Positions 24,867-40,119 of a stretch of DNA of 64,000 nucleotides are shown here, in pieces. Both the position numbers and the translations under genes were made by a program. The notes under the pieces are model-generated. The model had not been told where the DNA came from and did no database searches. It saw nothing but the letters and a program-made list of their open reading frames with translations. Within the stretch, counting starts at the first letter, position 1; each line of letters opens with the position of its first letter. This DNA comes from the human T2T-CHM13v2.0 reference genome, Homo sapiens: the NCBI RefSeq assembly GCF_009914755.1, contig NC_060935.1. The stretch is one strand, 5' to 3'.

Positions 24867-25579
24867 AACCAGAAATTACTCACCAGAACCTTGTATGAGT
24901 TGGCTTTTTTACACATCAACCACATCAACATGTGCAGTTAATGAATTATATTTAGAAACATTAGCAGCAGTGTGGTATGGGATAAAGATTAGTGATCCAG
25001 AAGTAAATAGATTGGCTTAAACAACAAGATGACTTTGGGAGGTCACTTCAATCGTATTATAATTGAGAAATTGAATTTGGACTGGAGGATCTATACTACT
25101 CATCTAGCTAAAAAAATTATCCCTTTAATGTGAAGTACTGCTATGATTTTACTGAAAACTTTCTATGTTATATATTACTATATGGGATAGCTATATTAAC
25201 CAGATTTTTAAACAAAATAGCACCCATTTTTCAATCATATAGGCAGTTCAGTTTATTACATGTATATTTTTCCAATATAAGCAGTCAGAAAATTGCAAAT
25301 AGTACTACAGGGAATTGTTATTCCTAAGGGAGACTGCACATTTGCCTTGCTGCCTTCTAAACTCTAAAATAAAATCTCATTTTATCACATTACTATTTTA
25401 AGGCATAAACACCACATGATGTAAATACTCATATAAGAAAAGATGACAAAAGTGAAATAAAATAATACTTGCTAAAGAAAATTGGTTAAGTGGAAAAAAT
25501 TATTGGGTTGATAGAGGTGGTGGCACAGAATAGGTTGGAGGTCAACAAAGTAATTATTAGAAATGAATTTTTTTCTTTT

Positions 25580-25735
25580 TTGCCACTTGCAGTGGCTCCC
25601 ATTTCTAATCCTAGCTACTTGAGAGACTGAAGTGGGAGGATGGCTTGAGCCCAGGAATCCGAAGCTGCCGTGAGCTATGATTGCATCACTGCACTCTAGC
25701 CTGGGTGACAGAGTGACACTCTCTCTAAAAAAAGA
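25580..25735 (+). mobile_element. Alu monomer
   Basis: GGGAGGATGGCTTGAGCCCAGG...CACTGCACTCTAGCCTGGG. Confidence 0.75.
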
Positions 25736-25769
25736 AGGAAAGGAAATTTTTTCAATTTTTTCTTTCTTT

Positions 25770-26068
25770 CCTTTGCTTTTTTTTTTTGAGACAGAATCTT
25801 GCTCTGTTACCTAGGCTGAAGTGCAGTGGTGCGATCTTGGCTCACTACAACCTTTGCCTCTTGGGTTCAAGTGATTCTCCTGCCTCGGCCTCCTGAGTAG
25901 CTGGGATTACAGGCGCCTGCCACCACACCCGGCTAATTTTTGTATTTTTAGTAGAGACGGGGTTTTGCCATGTTGGCCAGGCTGGTCTCGAACTCCTGAC
26001 CTCCGGTGACCCACCCACCTCAGCCTCCCAAAATGCTGAGATTACAGGCATGAGCCACTCGCCCGGCC
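25770..26068 (-). mobile_element. AluS
   Basis: Full dimer. Confidence 0.92.
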
Positions 26069-26443
26069 AAAAGGAAATTTTTTAAAACTAAATACAACAA
26101 GAAGATTTGTGAGTTAATACGACATGTCATCTGGATTTCGACCTACCATCATTAAGAAATGTTCTTTTTCTAAGCATTTATTACTAATATGAAAAATAAG
26201 GCCAACAGATTGTTTGAGACTAGATTTCATAATATACTTGTTATATCCTGATGGTATCACCATTGTTTAACATCTAGTTCTTCCCTTTGCAGGTTCAGAA
26301 AATTGATTTGATCATTTCATTTGATATGATTAAGACTGGAGAACTGATTTTAAGTCACAATGTGTTTACTGTTCAGCACTGTTCAGAATTGTTATACCTT
26401 GTAGTATAAAGGTGCCTGAAAGCCTAATCATGAAGGCTTATTT

Positions 26444-26474
26444 ATTTATTTTTTTATTGATCATTCTTGGGTGT
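26444..26474 (-). mobile_element. Ultra-5'-truncated SVA (SINE-R/LTR5-type 3' end plus A tail)
   Basis: Minus strand reads ACACCCAAGAATGATCAATAAA plus an A-rich tail; TSD GAAGGCTTATTT 26432-26443 and 26476-26487. Confidence 0.75.
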
Positions 26475-26544
26475 CGAAGGCTTATTTTTTAAATCAAATT
26501 TGGATGGCTTTGGTACCATCCATGTAGACAAGAGTAATTATCTT

Positions 26545-26840
26545 GGCCAGGCATGGTGGCTCACACCTGTAATCCCAGCAGTTTGAAAGGCTGAGGCAGG
26601 CAGATCACTTGAGGTCAAGAGTTCGAGACCAGCCTGGCCAACGTGGCAAAACCCTGTCTCTAATAAAAATTAAAAAAAGTAGCTGGGTATGGTGGCGTAC
26701 ACCTGTAGTCCCAGCTACTCAGGAGGCTGAGATAGGAGAATCACTTGAACCCGGGACACAGAGGTTGCAGTGAACCGAGATTGTGCCACTCTACTCCAGC
26801 CTGGGTGACAGAGTGAGACTCTGTCTCAGAAAATAATAAT
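26545..26840 (+). mobile_element. AluS
   Basis: Full dimer. Confidence 0.92.
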
Positions 26841-27679
26841 AATTATTATTATCTCACAACTGGAGAAATGCTATTGCAGGAATACTATTGCCCTTTAATT
26901 TACACTTCTAATGTTACTCTTTACTATTTCAATAAAATATCACAAATTTATAAGTTATTTTTCATTGATTACTAATCAAAATATATACCGAACTATCTTC
27001 GTACTCTGCTATATGTATTAAGACACTCCCTTCTGACAATTTTAACCACTTCTTTCTTGAAATACAATTTTGCTAGGAAAACATGATATGTTAATGTTAA
27101 AAGCAACTCTGTGGCAGTGCTGTGGGAGTTACTAGAAGACCTTTTGGTAAGGGAGTCAGAGAGGTAGATTTTAAATTGGATTTTTGAAAAGGAAAGGGGA
27201 TATTTCAGGCAGGGGAAAAGTTTCTTCAGTGGCACAGAAGAACAAACGTATCATGGTATGTTAGTCACTTTGCTGGGATGATAATTCATGAAGGGGAATA
27301 GTGTATGGTCTAAACTGGAGAGCAGGGACAATCTTGTTTCTTGGTATTCTTACTTTGTAGCACAGTATTTGCTACATTGGTGCTAAAAATGTTAATAAAG
27401 TCATATACATTTTAAGGGCATACTTTCACTCATGCTAGATTGTCAGAAAATGTTCTGTAAAATTAATGAATAGAAAAGAAAAGGAAGGATGAAGTGATTT
27501 AAAGGCAGAGAAAAAGGATGAAAGGTAAATTGTTGCCAGATTGTAGCGTCCTCTAGTGGCAGTCTAAATTCGGACTTTATTCTGTGTCGGAATCTTCCAG
27601 AAGAGGAGTGGCATAAAAAAATTGATGCTGTGCATCAGGATAAACGGACTTAACTGTAGTGTGAGAACAGGTTTGAAAA

Positions 27680-27840
27680 AGAAAAGTTTAGGGCGGGGGA
27701 GACCACTATTGGTGGTCTAATTTTAATATTTCAAACAGCTGCGTATTATAGCTAGGGTGTTTGGACGGTTGTCATGGAAATAAGCCCCGCCCCTTAAGCT
27801 GCGTCCTCTCTTTGACCTGTCAGTGAGGGAGGGACAGTCC
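27680..27840 (+). promoter_or_regulatory. BCO2 proximal promoter
   Basis: GC boxes GGGCGGGG (~27690) and CCCCGCCCC (27785-27793), ATTGG (~27708) and TGACCT half-site (~27813), 100-250 nt upstream of the ATG. Confidence 0.55.
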
Positions 27841-27930
27841 AGGCAGTTCTGTGCGTGTTCACTGTTTAGTAGTACTCAAAACTGCCAGTGTGAGAGGATT
27901 TGGAAATCACTGGATCTGCTCAATACAAAA

Positions 27931-28018
27931 ATGTTTTTTCGAGTCTTTCTCCATTTTATCAGGAGTCATTCTGCCACTGCAGTGGATTTCCTTCCTGTGA
28001 TGGTGCACCGGCTCCCAG
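27931..28018 (+). CDS. BCO2: BCO2 exon 1 coding part (mitochondrial leader)
   Basis: MFFRVFLHFIRSHSATAVDFLPVMVHRLP; donor CAG|GTAGAG. Confidence 0.93.
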
Positions 28019-30235
28019 GTAGAGGGTTTGCCCCTTTCTCTTCCTCATCCTCCTCTTCTTGCCAGTCTGCGCTTAGAATTCTGTGCCTCTTTCCTGAAGG
28101 TTGCTGGGAGCTTCTGAAGCTTTGTGTCCTGTGTGGCTCAGATGAGATAGCAATTCCGCAGAGTCCTGGAAGTTAAGGCTGAGTTAGGATTGTTTCCTCA
28201 TGGTCAGGGAAACAGCCTTCACATTTGTATATTTTATGCAATATTTAAGGCAGGATTCAGGGACTTGGTATTCTTTGGGATTTGCAATAAGAAGAATATT
28301 CAATATTTAGGCTTTTCTAAATTGAAAAATCACTGCCACACGTTCTAATGTAATTGTTTGGTTTCTCTATTTGCATTTTGCGGGGACTGCCTTAAAACTC
28401 ATTTATGTTTTATAGCCTTCTATTATAGTTACCATTGTTACATGATTTTATGTATAGAAATTGGCTGATCTAGAGCTTTCAGAAATCATACTAATATGCA
28501 CTATAAATTTTAAAATTACTTAATGTAGTAATTTAATGTTTGCAGTATGCAAGGGAATGTATTACGTACTGGAAGGAGAGAGGAGACAAACACCAGACCC
28601 TGTACTCAAGGAGTACTGGTAGTATCATTTATCATACAAGACAGATAAGATAAGGTCCATATGAGAGCTATAAACAGATGCTGTGAGTTCAGACTAAGGA
28701 GAATCAGTTCTTGCTGTAGGTAAGGGGAATGCTGTGTTTATAAAGCAAATGACATGGCAACTGGATCTTGAAGGATGAGTTAGGTGAGTAAATTTCATCT
28801 GAAGGAGTTGGGAAATATCCTAGATGAAGAAAATTGATTGGCGGGGGGGGGGGGAATTAAACATTCTATTTTGACATGTTGAAAGTCACCTGCAAGAAGT
28901 AATTGATGAAATTAAGAGACTAGATGAGATTGCCAAGGGAGAGTGCTGAGATTAAAGATCCAAGGTAGGACCTTAGGAACATTCATGAAGTGGTAAGGGG
29001 GATAAGGAGCCCATAAAGGGAATTAACATTTGGAAAGCATCCACTATCTTTATATTTGATTATGACAACAGACATAAACAGGAAGTATTAACCTCCTTTT
29101 ATTTCCATTTTATCATGGAAAAACCTGAGGCTCAGAGACATTAAGTAACTTGCCCAAGGTTGTCAGCTAATAAGTAATAAAACTAGCAGAATGCAGAGAG
29201 TAGTTATAGGGCAGCAGGAAAGTTAGAATAGGACAATGTCTCAGAAGCTACGAATAGAAAGGAGTTTAAGAAAGTGTTAATGTCAAATTCTATGGAAACT
29301 TTGAAGAGCATGTAGCAGATTACCAGTAGCATGCAATAGAGTATACAACATATAGACATGTAAATATTTTCTACAATGTAAAATGCTTTAAATTTGTGTA
29401 TCTCTACTTAGACAAATGCCCAATCAGGCCATTCAATTTACTTAAAAAAGTAAGATGAGTAAAATTACATACCTGACCTTAGGGAATTTATTTTAATCTG
29501 AGAATAAGATAAATGGTGCATAATGTTAATAAAAGTAGAGTAACATAAATACCTGAGAGTTTCCTTCTCTATCTTTTCAAAGCATCCTCTTTGTACTTCT
29601 GATACTGTAGTTCCCAGATTTTAGTATGCTTAAGAATACCTGCTTGTCCTTCCTCAGAGATTCTGATTTATTAGGACCAGAATGGAGTCCAGGAAACTGC
29701 ATTTTAGCAGTAACACCAGGTATTTCTGTTGCAAGTAGTCCTCATACCAGACTCTGAGAAACAATGCTGAAATAAAACACAGTGTCAGTGATCTGTTTAC
29801 TAGGCAGTCAGTTCTTTTATTTCAGGATTCTAATGCTTTTTATTCTCAGCAGTACCAAGTACTTCGTCAACTGAATAAAATAAAGGAGATATTACACCTT
29901 ATTGGACTGATCATTAAAAGCTATGTAAATATAATAATAGCATTTTTTGAGTATTCTGTTCTAAAAGCTTTACATAAACTAACTCATTTATTACTTATAG
30001 CCTTAGAAGTAATATGAATTATCATCATCACCATCTTAGAAAAGAGGAAACAGACCACAGAGAGGTGATAAGTGCCTTTCTCAAGCCTTCTTATTTAGGA
30101 GAGGGCATATTTGAAACCAACCAGTCTGGAGCCAGGTAGAGCCCCAGCTCACACCCTTAAATATTACACTGTGCTGCCTCTTAAGGGAAGTACTGTAACA
30201 CTGGAGATAGACCTTGACCAATTAATGGAATTTGC

Positions 30236-30550
<315 letters not shown>

Positions 30551-31320
30551 TAGAACTAGAGAAAAGGACATTGGGAAAGACATTCAGGGTGAAAGAGAAT
30601 TTTATTTGAAAAATCAGTAAAGAATTAGGTTTGACTCATTTGTTACATGTCATATAGGGGAGTAGAATGTCTCGTGTGCTTCAAGCTGAATTTTTGAAAG
30701 ATTTGAAAGAAATGGGATAGTAACAACTTGCTAAAAGAATGCCAATCTCACTTCTTAAGAGTAATAGTGTCCCTATATGTTAGCTCATTTTTCCAGCCTA
30801 GATTTCTGAATCACTCTTAAACTTTTATGAGATAAAGAATTCTATTTTATAGCACTTAATTATTTATTTGACCACCCCTCTATGTTAGGCAGTACTGCCT
30901 TGTGAACACTCAGTAATGTTAAAATAATAGGGAGAAGTTTCAGTTCCTTATTATACAACTATGATTTTTACTTCTTGTGCCTTTTGCACTTTAGGTAATT
31001 TCAGACTGGATATCACTGCATAATTTAATTTTTGACACCCTTCTACTGGAAAATGCCTTGTATTTTCATGTATATGCCATTAAAATAAAAGGAATTAAAT
31101 TTAAGATCTTATTAAATTCACAGGAATCGCTCTGAAGTCTTTGGAATCACATTCTGGTATATCTAAATTACTGGGGTCAATATAATTGGATAATATTGAA
31201 TGGTGGTCATTTTTATAACAACGAGGTTGCTCTTAGCACATCTGGGGTTGGCATGTAGATTTATTCTTGTAAAAAGACAGGTATTGTTCAACTATGAGAA
31301 ATGATAAAAATAGTAATTGA

Positions 31321-31380
31321 AGTCCTAAGTTAGTTCTTAGGCAGATTAGTAGTCCTAAGTTAGTTCTTAGGCAGATTAGT
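31321..31380. repeat. Perfect 30-bp tandem duplication
   Basis: AGTCCTAAGTTAGTTCTTAGGCAGATTAGT x2. Confidence 0.95.
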
Positions 31381-31603
31381 ACTACAAAAAATAGAAGAAT
31401 TGTTGTGGGTTGAAAATGGAGAACCAAAGCGTTGATAGTCTGGGAATGAGGAAGGAGAGAGAAGAAATTTGGAGCCTGTATTTGGTGTTAGGTTTATGTT
31501 TCCCTCAAGCTGCCAGTTGATAAGATTATTGTCTGTGGGAAACAGGCAAGTTTATAGAAGATTTGGTAAAATATTTTTTGTGCTTTTGGTTTCCTCTGCA
31601 CAG

Positions 31604-31808
31604 TTTTCAAAAGGTACATGGGAAATACTCCTCAGAAAAAAGCCGTCTTTGGGCAGTGTCGGGGTCTGCCATGTGTTGCACCGCTGCTGACCACAGTGGA
31701 AGAGGCTCCACGGGGCATCTCTGCTCGAGTCTGGGGACATTTTCCTAAGTGGCTCAATGGCTCTCTACTTCGAATTGGACCTGGGAAATTCGAGTTTGGG
31801 AAGGATAA
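31604..31808 (+). CDS. BCO2: BCO2 exon 2
   Basis: (V)[12 protein letters not shown]...[24 protein letters not shown](K); CACAG| acceptor, AA|GTAAGC donor. Confidence 0.97.
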
Positions 31809-32333
31809 GTAAGCCTTGATTTTGGAGAACAACTTGGATTTCTTGGCATGGGCTGGTTCTGTGGAATATGCATTAATATCTGCTTCCTCTGTGAGGTTAA
31901 TATTTCCATTCCATCCCTTTGATTACAGATAAAGAAACTGTAGCCTAGAGGAGAAGAAAGGAGACTTTTTAAACAAAATGTCCTGCTTTTTCTGCTCTGT
32001 AGACTATTGTAAATTTGAAGCCCTCTGTGGTTTGTACCAAAAGAAGAGAGGTGTCAGAAGCTGTCAGTGTGGTGACTGAGCTGTTTCCCCACAAGTTCCT
32101 GAAGGAAGGGCAATGTCTCCTCATACCACTCTCTCCCTCACCCAGCACTTGCCAGACACATGGTCTTTTTCAGTTCCTCAAACTGGGCACAGTTGTATCT
32201 TCTCAGCATCTTAGCATTAGTTCTCTCACCTATGTTCCCTAATCTTCCCAAGACTGGTCTTTTCATTCAGATGTCAACTCAAATCTCATGTCCTTTGAGC
32301 CTTTCCTGATCTCCCAACATAAAAATGCCAGCA

Positions 32334-32661
32334 CAGTCATCCCTCAGCATTCACAGGGCATTGGTTAGAGGACCCCCTAAACACCAGAATCCAAGTATGC
32401 TGAAGTCCCTTATATAAAATGCTTTTATTTGCTTTTAACCTACATATATCCTCCCATTATCTTTTAAATCATCTCTAAATTACTCTATAATACTTAATAC
32501 AATGCTTACACATACTTCATTCCCATGGATTTGTCTTAGTACTCAGCAAATTCAAGTTTTGCTTTGCAGAACTTTGTGGCATTTTTTTCCCACAATATTT
32601 TTGACTCAAGAGATTGGTTGAATCCACAGATGTGGAATATATGGATATGGAGGGCTGACTG
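32334..32661 (+). mobile_element. MER2-like Tigger element
   Basis: TIRs CAGTCATCCCTC... and ...GAGGGCTGACTG followed by TA. Confidence 0.7.
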
Positions 32662-32897
32662 TATTAATTATAATTACCTATTTTAATTCTCTACACAGTG
32701 TTATCAGTGTCTGGTATTTTTTATTTGTTATTTGAGTGTTAAGCTCTGTTCCCCCACTAGAATGTAATTTGATGAGGGTAGAGACTTTTTCTAGTTCATC
32801 CTGTATCCCCACTACCTGTAACAGTGGTCTGCACCTGAATAGCATTCAATAAATCGATGCCAATAAATGAAAAACCCAGGCAGGCTGAGGAGCCTAG

Positions 32898-33807
<910 letters not shown>

Positions 33808-34250
33808 GAGCTTTCTTAATTGACCGAAGTCCTGAGTACTTTGAACCCATTTTGAACTACTTGCATCGTGGACAGCTCATTGTAAATGATAGCATTAATT
33901 TATTAGGTGTGTTAGAAGAAGCAAGATTTTTTGGTATTGACTCATTGAACACCTAAAAGTGGCAATAAAGAATTCTCAACCACTGGAGGATCATTCACCA
34001 ATATCCCAAAAGGAATTTGTCCGATTTTTACTAGCAACTCCAACCAAGTCAGAACTGTGATGCCAGGGTTTGAACTTCAGTGGTGCCGATCTTTCTTGTT
34101 TGGACCTTCGATACATTCACTTCAAAATGGCCAGTTTAAGCTGCTGTAATCTTGCACATGCAAATCTTTGCTGTTCAAATCTTGAACGAGCTCATCTCTC
34201 TGGATCAGTGCTTGACTGTGCAAATATCCAGGGAGTCAAGATGCTCTGTT

Positions 34251-35186
34251 AATGGGAGAAAATTTTTGCAATCTACCCATCTGACAAAGGGCTAATATCC
34301 AGAATCTACAAAGAACTTAAACAAATTTACAAGAAAAAATCAAACAACCCCATCAAAAAGTGGGCAAAGGATACGAACAGATACTTCTCAAAAGAAGACA
34401 TTTATGTAGCCAGACACATGAAAAAATGCTCATCATCACTGGCCATCAGAGAAATGCAAATCAAAACCACAATGAGATACCATCTCACACCAGTTAGAAT
34501 GGCGATCATTAAAAAGTCAGGAAACAACAGGTGCTGGAGAGGATGTGGAGAAATAGGAACACTTTTACACTGTTGGTGGGACTGTAAACTAGTTCAACCA
34601 TTGTGGAAGACAGTGTGGCGATTCCTCAAGGATCTAGAACTAGAAATACCATTTGACCCAGCCATCCCATTACTGGGCATATACCCAAAGGACTATAAAT
34701 CATGCTGCTATAAAGACACATGCACACCTATGTTTATTGCGGCACTATTCACAATAGCAAAGTCTTGGAACCAACCCAAATGTCCATCAATGATAGACTG
34801 GACTAAGAAAATGTGGCACATATACACCATGGAATACTATGCAGCCATAAAAAAGGATGAGTTCATGTCCTTTGCAGGGACATGGATGAAGCTGGAAACT
34901 ATCATTCTCAGCAAACTATTGCAAGGACAGAAAACCAAATACCGCATGTTCTCACTCATAGGTGGGAATTGAACAATGAGAACACTTGGACACAGGATGG
35001 GGAACATCACACACTGGGGGGCCTGTCATGGGGTGGGGGGAGCACGGAGGGATAGAATTAGGAGATATACCTAATGTAAATGATGAGTTAATGGGTGCAG
35101 CACACCAACATGGCACATGTGTACATATGTAACAAACCGGCACGTGGTGCACATGTACCCTAGAACTTAAAATATATATATATAAA
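34251..35186 (+). mobile_element. 5'-truncated L1PA (about PA4-PA6): ORF2 C-terminus plus 3' UTR
   Basis: ORF 34418-34972 is the L1 ORF2 cysteine-rich end; G-rich 3' UTR; TSD AAGATGCTCTGTT 34238-34250 and 35187-35199. Confidence 0.93.
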
Positions 35187-36560
35187 AAGATGCTCTGTTC
35201 TAATGTGGAAGGAGCATCCCTGAAACTGTGTAATTTTGAGGATCCTTCTGGTCTTAAAGCCAATTTAGAAGGTGTTAATCTGAAAGGTGTAGATATGGAA
35301 GGAAGTCAGATGACAGGAATTAACCTGAGAGTGGCTACATTAAAAAATGCAAAGTTGAAGAACTGTAACCTCAGAGGAGCGACTCTGGCAGGAACTGATT
35401 TAGAGAACTGTGATCTGTGTGGGTGTGATCTTCAAGAAGCCAACCTGAGAGGGTCCAACATGAAGGGAGCTATATTTGAAGAGATGCTAACACCACTATA
35501 CATGTCACAAAGTGTCAGATGAGAAATTTTAGGGACTGGAGGAAGATCTACAAGATGAAAATATTTTCCTTATCACTTTTCTTTCTCCATCCACTCAGTT
35601 GTCTAGAAGAAATAACACTATAAGGAAATTTTAAAAAAACATTTAGAGGATTATGCTTGTTCTCAGCGGTGCATAATGGAAAAAACTGACTTTTTTCCAT
35701 CTTCTGATTTTTAACAGAAAAGCACTCATTTAATAGATGTAGGGAAACTAGATATTGCTGCTTTTTGAACGGGGTAGGAGGGTTTACCTAGTTTTATGAC
35801 CAGGAATAGTATCTATTATATTTGCTTTTAAATAGGCATGATGTGGAAATACCATCTTGGTTTGAGATGCATTTGAGGATTTTAATTTATGGAAAGCACA
35901 ACATATGCAATTATATTTATTGAATACCTAGATGCAGTATGGATATTTAAATTGTTAAAACTTTATGAAAACTTGGTAAAGGTTGTTTAGGTTTATAAAT
36001 TGCTTTAGTGATTCCTCCCCTCTTTAAATACCTGTCACACTGTATGAATATGGTGAGATCAGACTCCTTAAGACTCTTTTCAGGTTCGTTTTTACAATGT
36101 TTACTTTTTAGGAAAAAACAGTAGCTAAATTAAAGTAATATCCAGTTCTTACTGATTGAAACAGAGTGGAAAGAAAGACATTGTTGTACATCACTGTCAT
36201 TCCAAAGGTACAGTAGAACTCTGGATGGAGGAAGAACTTACCTATCACTACAACACTTACAAATGAGAATTTCTCAGAATTTCATTCTAGGCAAGTTCCA
36301 CTGAACACCAGACCAAGCAATTCTGTCTGTTTACACTATTAGCCTAGTTTTCTCATACAATCATCACAAGCATAGGAAGATACTTCAAAACCAAAAAACC
36401 AAGGTGCATCATTAATATTCATTTAATTCAAATACCAAATAGTTTACATAGGGCCAGCTTAGAAATAGATACTAAATCCAGAGCTACTGCAATCAAAGCT
36501 TATATTAATGAATATGGTTGAGTTGTCTGCTAAAAGGCAATGTAATATAATTGCAGCTAG

Positions 36561-36883
<323 letters not shown>

Positions 36884-39040
36884 TGGGAATGAGGAATTTT
36901 AAACACACATTTGATTACGGCCACCAAAAAATATATATAAAGTAAAAATAAAGGCATTTGGCTTGTCCAAGATGTAATACCAATCAGTCAGCACCTGTGA
37001 TTCTTTTACTTATATTTTTTGTTTTTTTTTTAAACAAATTTTAGCCCAATTTTCTTGAGTCATTATCTTTCTGCAGCAGCAGAGGAAGGGCCTGTACCTC
37101 CCTACCAATGACCTGGTGTCCTTATTTCTACCCCAAGTGCAGGGATATTAGCTGTGTCCAAATGGGTTCTGAATTCTACAGACTCATCAACATGAGGCAA
37201 GGAATCATTGAAAGCCACCTGTGTCTCCTTTGGGGGAATGACATATCTTTAGTATTTATGTAGCTTATTCTTCCATATGTACATATGCAAAGCTTTCCTT
37301 AACAGTAAAGGGTACATATGCATAGTGGGAGGAGATCAGACCTTTACAAGTAAAGGAAAGCAACTTCAGAAATGAATTATTTTCTTTGCTTTATTATTTT
37401 TACCAAGACAGAGAAGTATTGTATTGAGAAATAATCTATTTTCATAATCAATATGTGCCTAAATTATATTTAAATCATTTCACTCTGTACTATATTTTCA
37501 GGAATTATAGAAGGTATTATTCATTCACTTAAAGGTACCTCTGTAGAAATAACCTAAAACTGCAGAACAATCTGAAAGATCTAAACATGGTGTGCTTAGA
37601 AACTGCAGATTTTAGATCTAATGTATACTGCATTAATAAACGATATAAAGTGTTGAAAAAAATGAAAAACCAATAACTCTTCAGTATAAATTTCTCTCAG
37701 TGTCTACTAGGGACGTGAAGCTATGTGACAAAACCTCTATGGCCAGGAAGGAATCTGCTTTGTTTTAAACATTTTTAAATATTAGAAACAATTTATTATG
37801 AAAGTTTTACCCATATAAACTTTTTAAAATATAGAAAAGGGAGGCTAGGGGAAGCATGTACCACCTGACACATCCTTTATTAGCACTTTGATGTATTTCC
37901 TGCCAGTTTTCCTCGCTATTTCTACGGATTTGTTTTAAACAATTACAGTTATATGTAGTATTTTTTGCTCCACTTTAATAAAACTTCACACTATCATAAG
38001 CCTTTTTTTCCATGTTGCTACCAAGTCTGAACGATCATTATTTTTAATGGCTAGATGAATTCCAGGAATTATTGTTTTTTAAAAAAATATTGTGGTAAAA
38101 TATAGATAACATACAATTTACCATCTTAACCACTTTTATATATAGAATTTAATGGCATTAAGTAGATTCATACGATTGTGCTACCATCCATCCACAGAAT
38201 TCATTTTACCTTGCAAAACTGAAACCTTGTATCCACTGAACACTAATTTCCCATTCTTCCCTTCCTCTAACCCCTGGCAATCACCATTCTAGCTTCTGTC
38301 TGGTAAATCATCATGCCCTTTCCTCTGGGCCTGGTTGGAATTTGATCATGGTCCTTCTGTGCCTCTCATGGTCTGTTGTTGGAAACAGACCAAGAATTAG
38401 GGATGTTTAAAAAAAGATTATGAGGCAAAGAGAAGTAGAAGAGAAGGAGGGCAAAGGGGAGGAGGAGGAGAAACTTCTAATCCAGCTCCCAGAGAATAAA
38501 CAGCCTCTTACAGAGGGTATATGGTATTTCACCTGCTGCAGAAGGAGAGGCTGTAATGTATTGTTCAAACCAAGTAGCAGAACCACTCAGGGCCCAGGCT
38601 TGCCCCACAGGCCTCTTTGAAGATAAGCATCTTTGTGGGAGAAGTGGATGGCATGGCTGGCCCTCACAAGTGTCTACTTTGTCCTCAAATCAGTTTCTTC
38701 AGAGCCAGTGGTGGGCATTTATAGCAGGAACAAGGTCTTGCCTTCCCCTTGGACAGATATCTTTAGGTCAAAAGGAGATAGACACTCAGTTTAGTGGTTG
38801 ACTCCCCAGATAGGACCTACAGGGAGAGGCAGTGACCTAGGGAAGGGCAGTGTAACCCTTCACCTATGGATAAGAATAGCCCTGCTCACTTGTGAATCTC
38901 TTATCACTCTGTTAGATGCCATTTAACAGATCCATGTCAGCATGCAGACACAGTGATGACATGCCAAAGGTCTATCTTCAATTAAATTTTTTTCATCAAT
39001 GATTTAATTGAAGACATACTAGTTTTTAAAGTTATGTGAA

Positions 39041-39175
39041 GGCTGGGTGTGGTTGATCACACCTATAATCACAGTGCTTTGGGAGGCCAAGGCAGGAGGA
39101 TGGCTTGAGGCCAGGAGTTCAAGGCTAGCCTGGGCAACATAGCAAGACTCCATCTCTACAAAAAACAAAAATTAA
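39041..39175 (+). mobile_element. FLAM-like Alu monomer
   Basis: Left-arm consensus plus A tail. Confidence 0.82.
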
Positions 39176-40119
39176 ACAAAAGTAAAAAGAATAAAGTTAC
39201 ATGAATCTGGGCAGAATACTAAATAGCGTCAGCACCTTTAGTCTCTACCATTCTCTAGACAGGATTTCAGGATCCATAGTCTAGGCTCCCAGTTCCTGGA
39301 CTATCGCCACTGTAATGATTGTCCCCCTCCATGCCACTTCGACAAGGCCACATACTAAGGCCACACTTGGAACTTACTATACAGAATTTCTCCACCCCTG
39401 AAATCTTGAACTCTGAAACTTTACTCTGCTCAAAACCCCAGTTTTCACGGTCCTACATTCCCATTAAACTTATTTTTTTCATTCCATCAAGTTCTCCTTT
39501 CCTTCCTGTCCACTACCTTCTTAAGGCTTATCTACTGTCTCTTAATTTCTTCTCCCTGGCCCAGACTTTACCGTCAGTCACTTCAAGCACTTTCAACACC
39601 ACGCTCACTTCCTTTGCCCTGGTGGTCACTGCCTCTCCTCTGATGATTTTCAGTCCTAGATTAGCCCATCCTTGGTTTCCCCTGCTCATGGCCCAGTCCT
39701 GCTGAGCAGGTCTAGAGCAAATCATACAACCTTGCTGATTGATTCAATTACAAAATGATGATTTCCAGTCCTAGCTGAGTGCTTGGTGCTGCCAGGAATC
39801 TTTAGCAGTCAGTGTTCTTTCCATCTTCTCACAGGGTCTGCCGCAAGTCTCTGACCCTTTCCTGAAGCCTCCTTCATTCTCCCCGTCCCTTTCACCCTCA
39901 GCAGATAAACTGGCCTACTTCATAGGAAGGAATGACTTGAGGGACAGCTGCATTTGAACTCCTTCAGCTTCCCTCTTCCCACCTCCGCACTTCCCCACAC
40001 TTCTGATCAGAGGACGCAGCTCTTTTCCTCTTCTCTGAAACTTTGATGCATCACGATCCCTCCCATTTCCTCATCTGCCAAATAACTCTTAGAGCTCACC
40101 TTACCTTTTGGGATGCTGT

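Noticed and set aside
27823-28176. 117-aa ORF extending BCO2 exon 1 at both ends
   Set aside because: GTG start lies upstream of the likely TSS and the 3' part is intron; only 27931-28018 is supported.
28843-28854. G12 run (also T runs at 10843-10864 and 45258-45282)
   Set aside because: Isolated homopolymers with no TSD or element body that I can identify.
34418-34972. 184-aa ORF
   Set aside because: C-terminal fragment of L1 ORF2 in a 5'-truncated element; no promoter, endonuclease or RT domain.
35190-35522. 110-aa pentapeptide-repeat ORF resembling bacterial Qnr/MfpA-type proteins
   Set aside because: It is the C-terminus of the KCTD9 retrocopy, reopened by the L1 TSD; not horizontal transfer and no evidence of expression.
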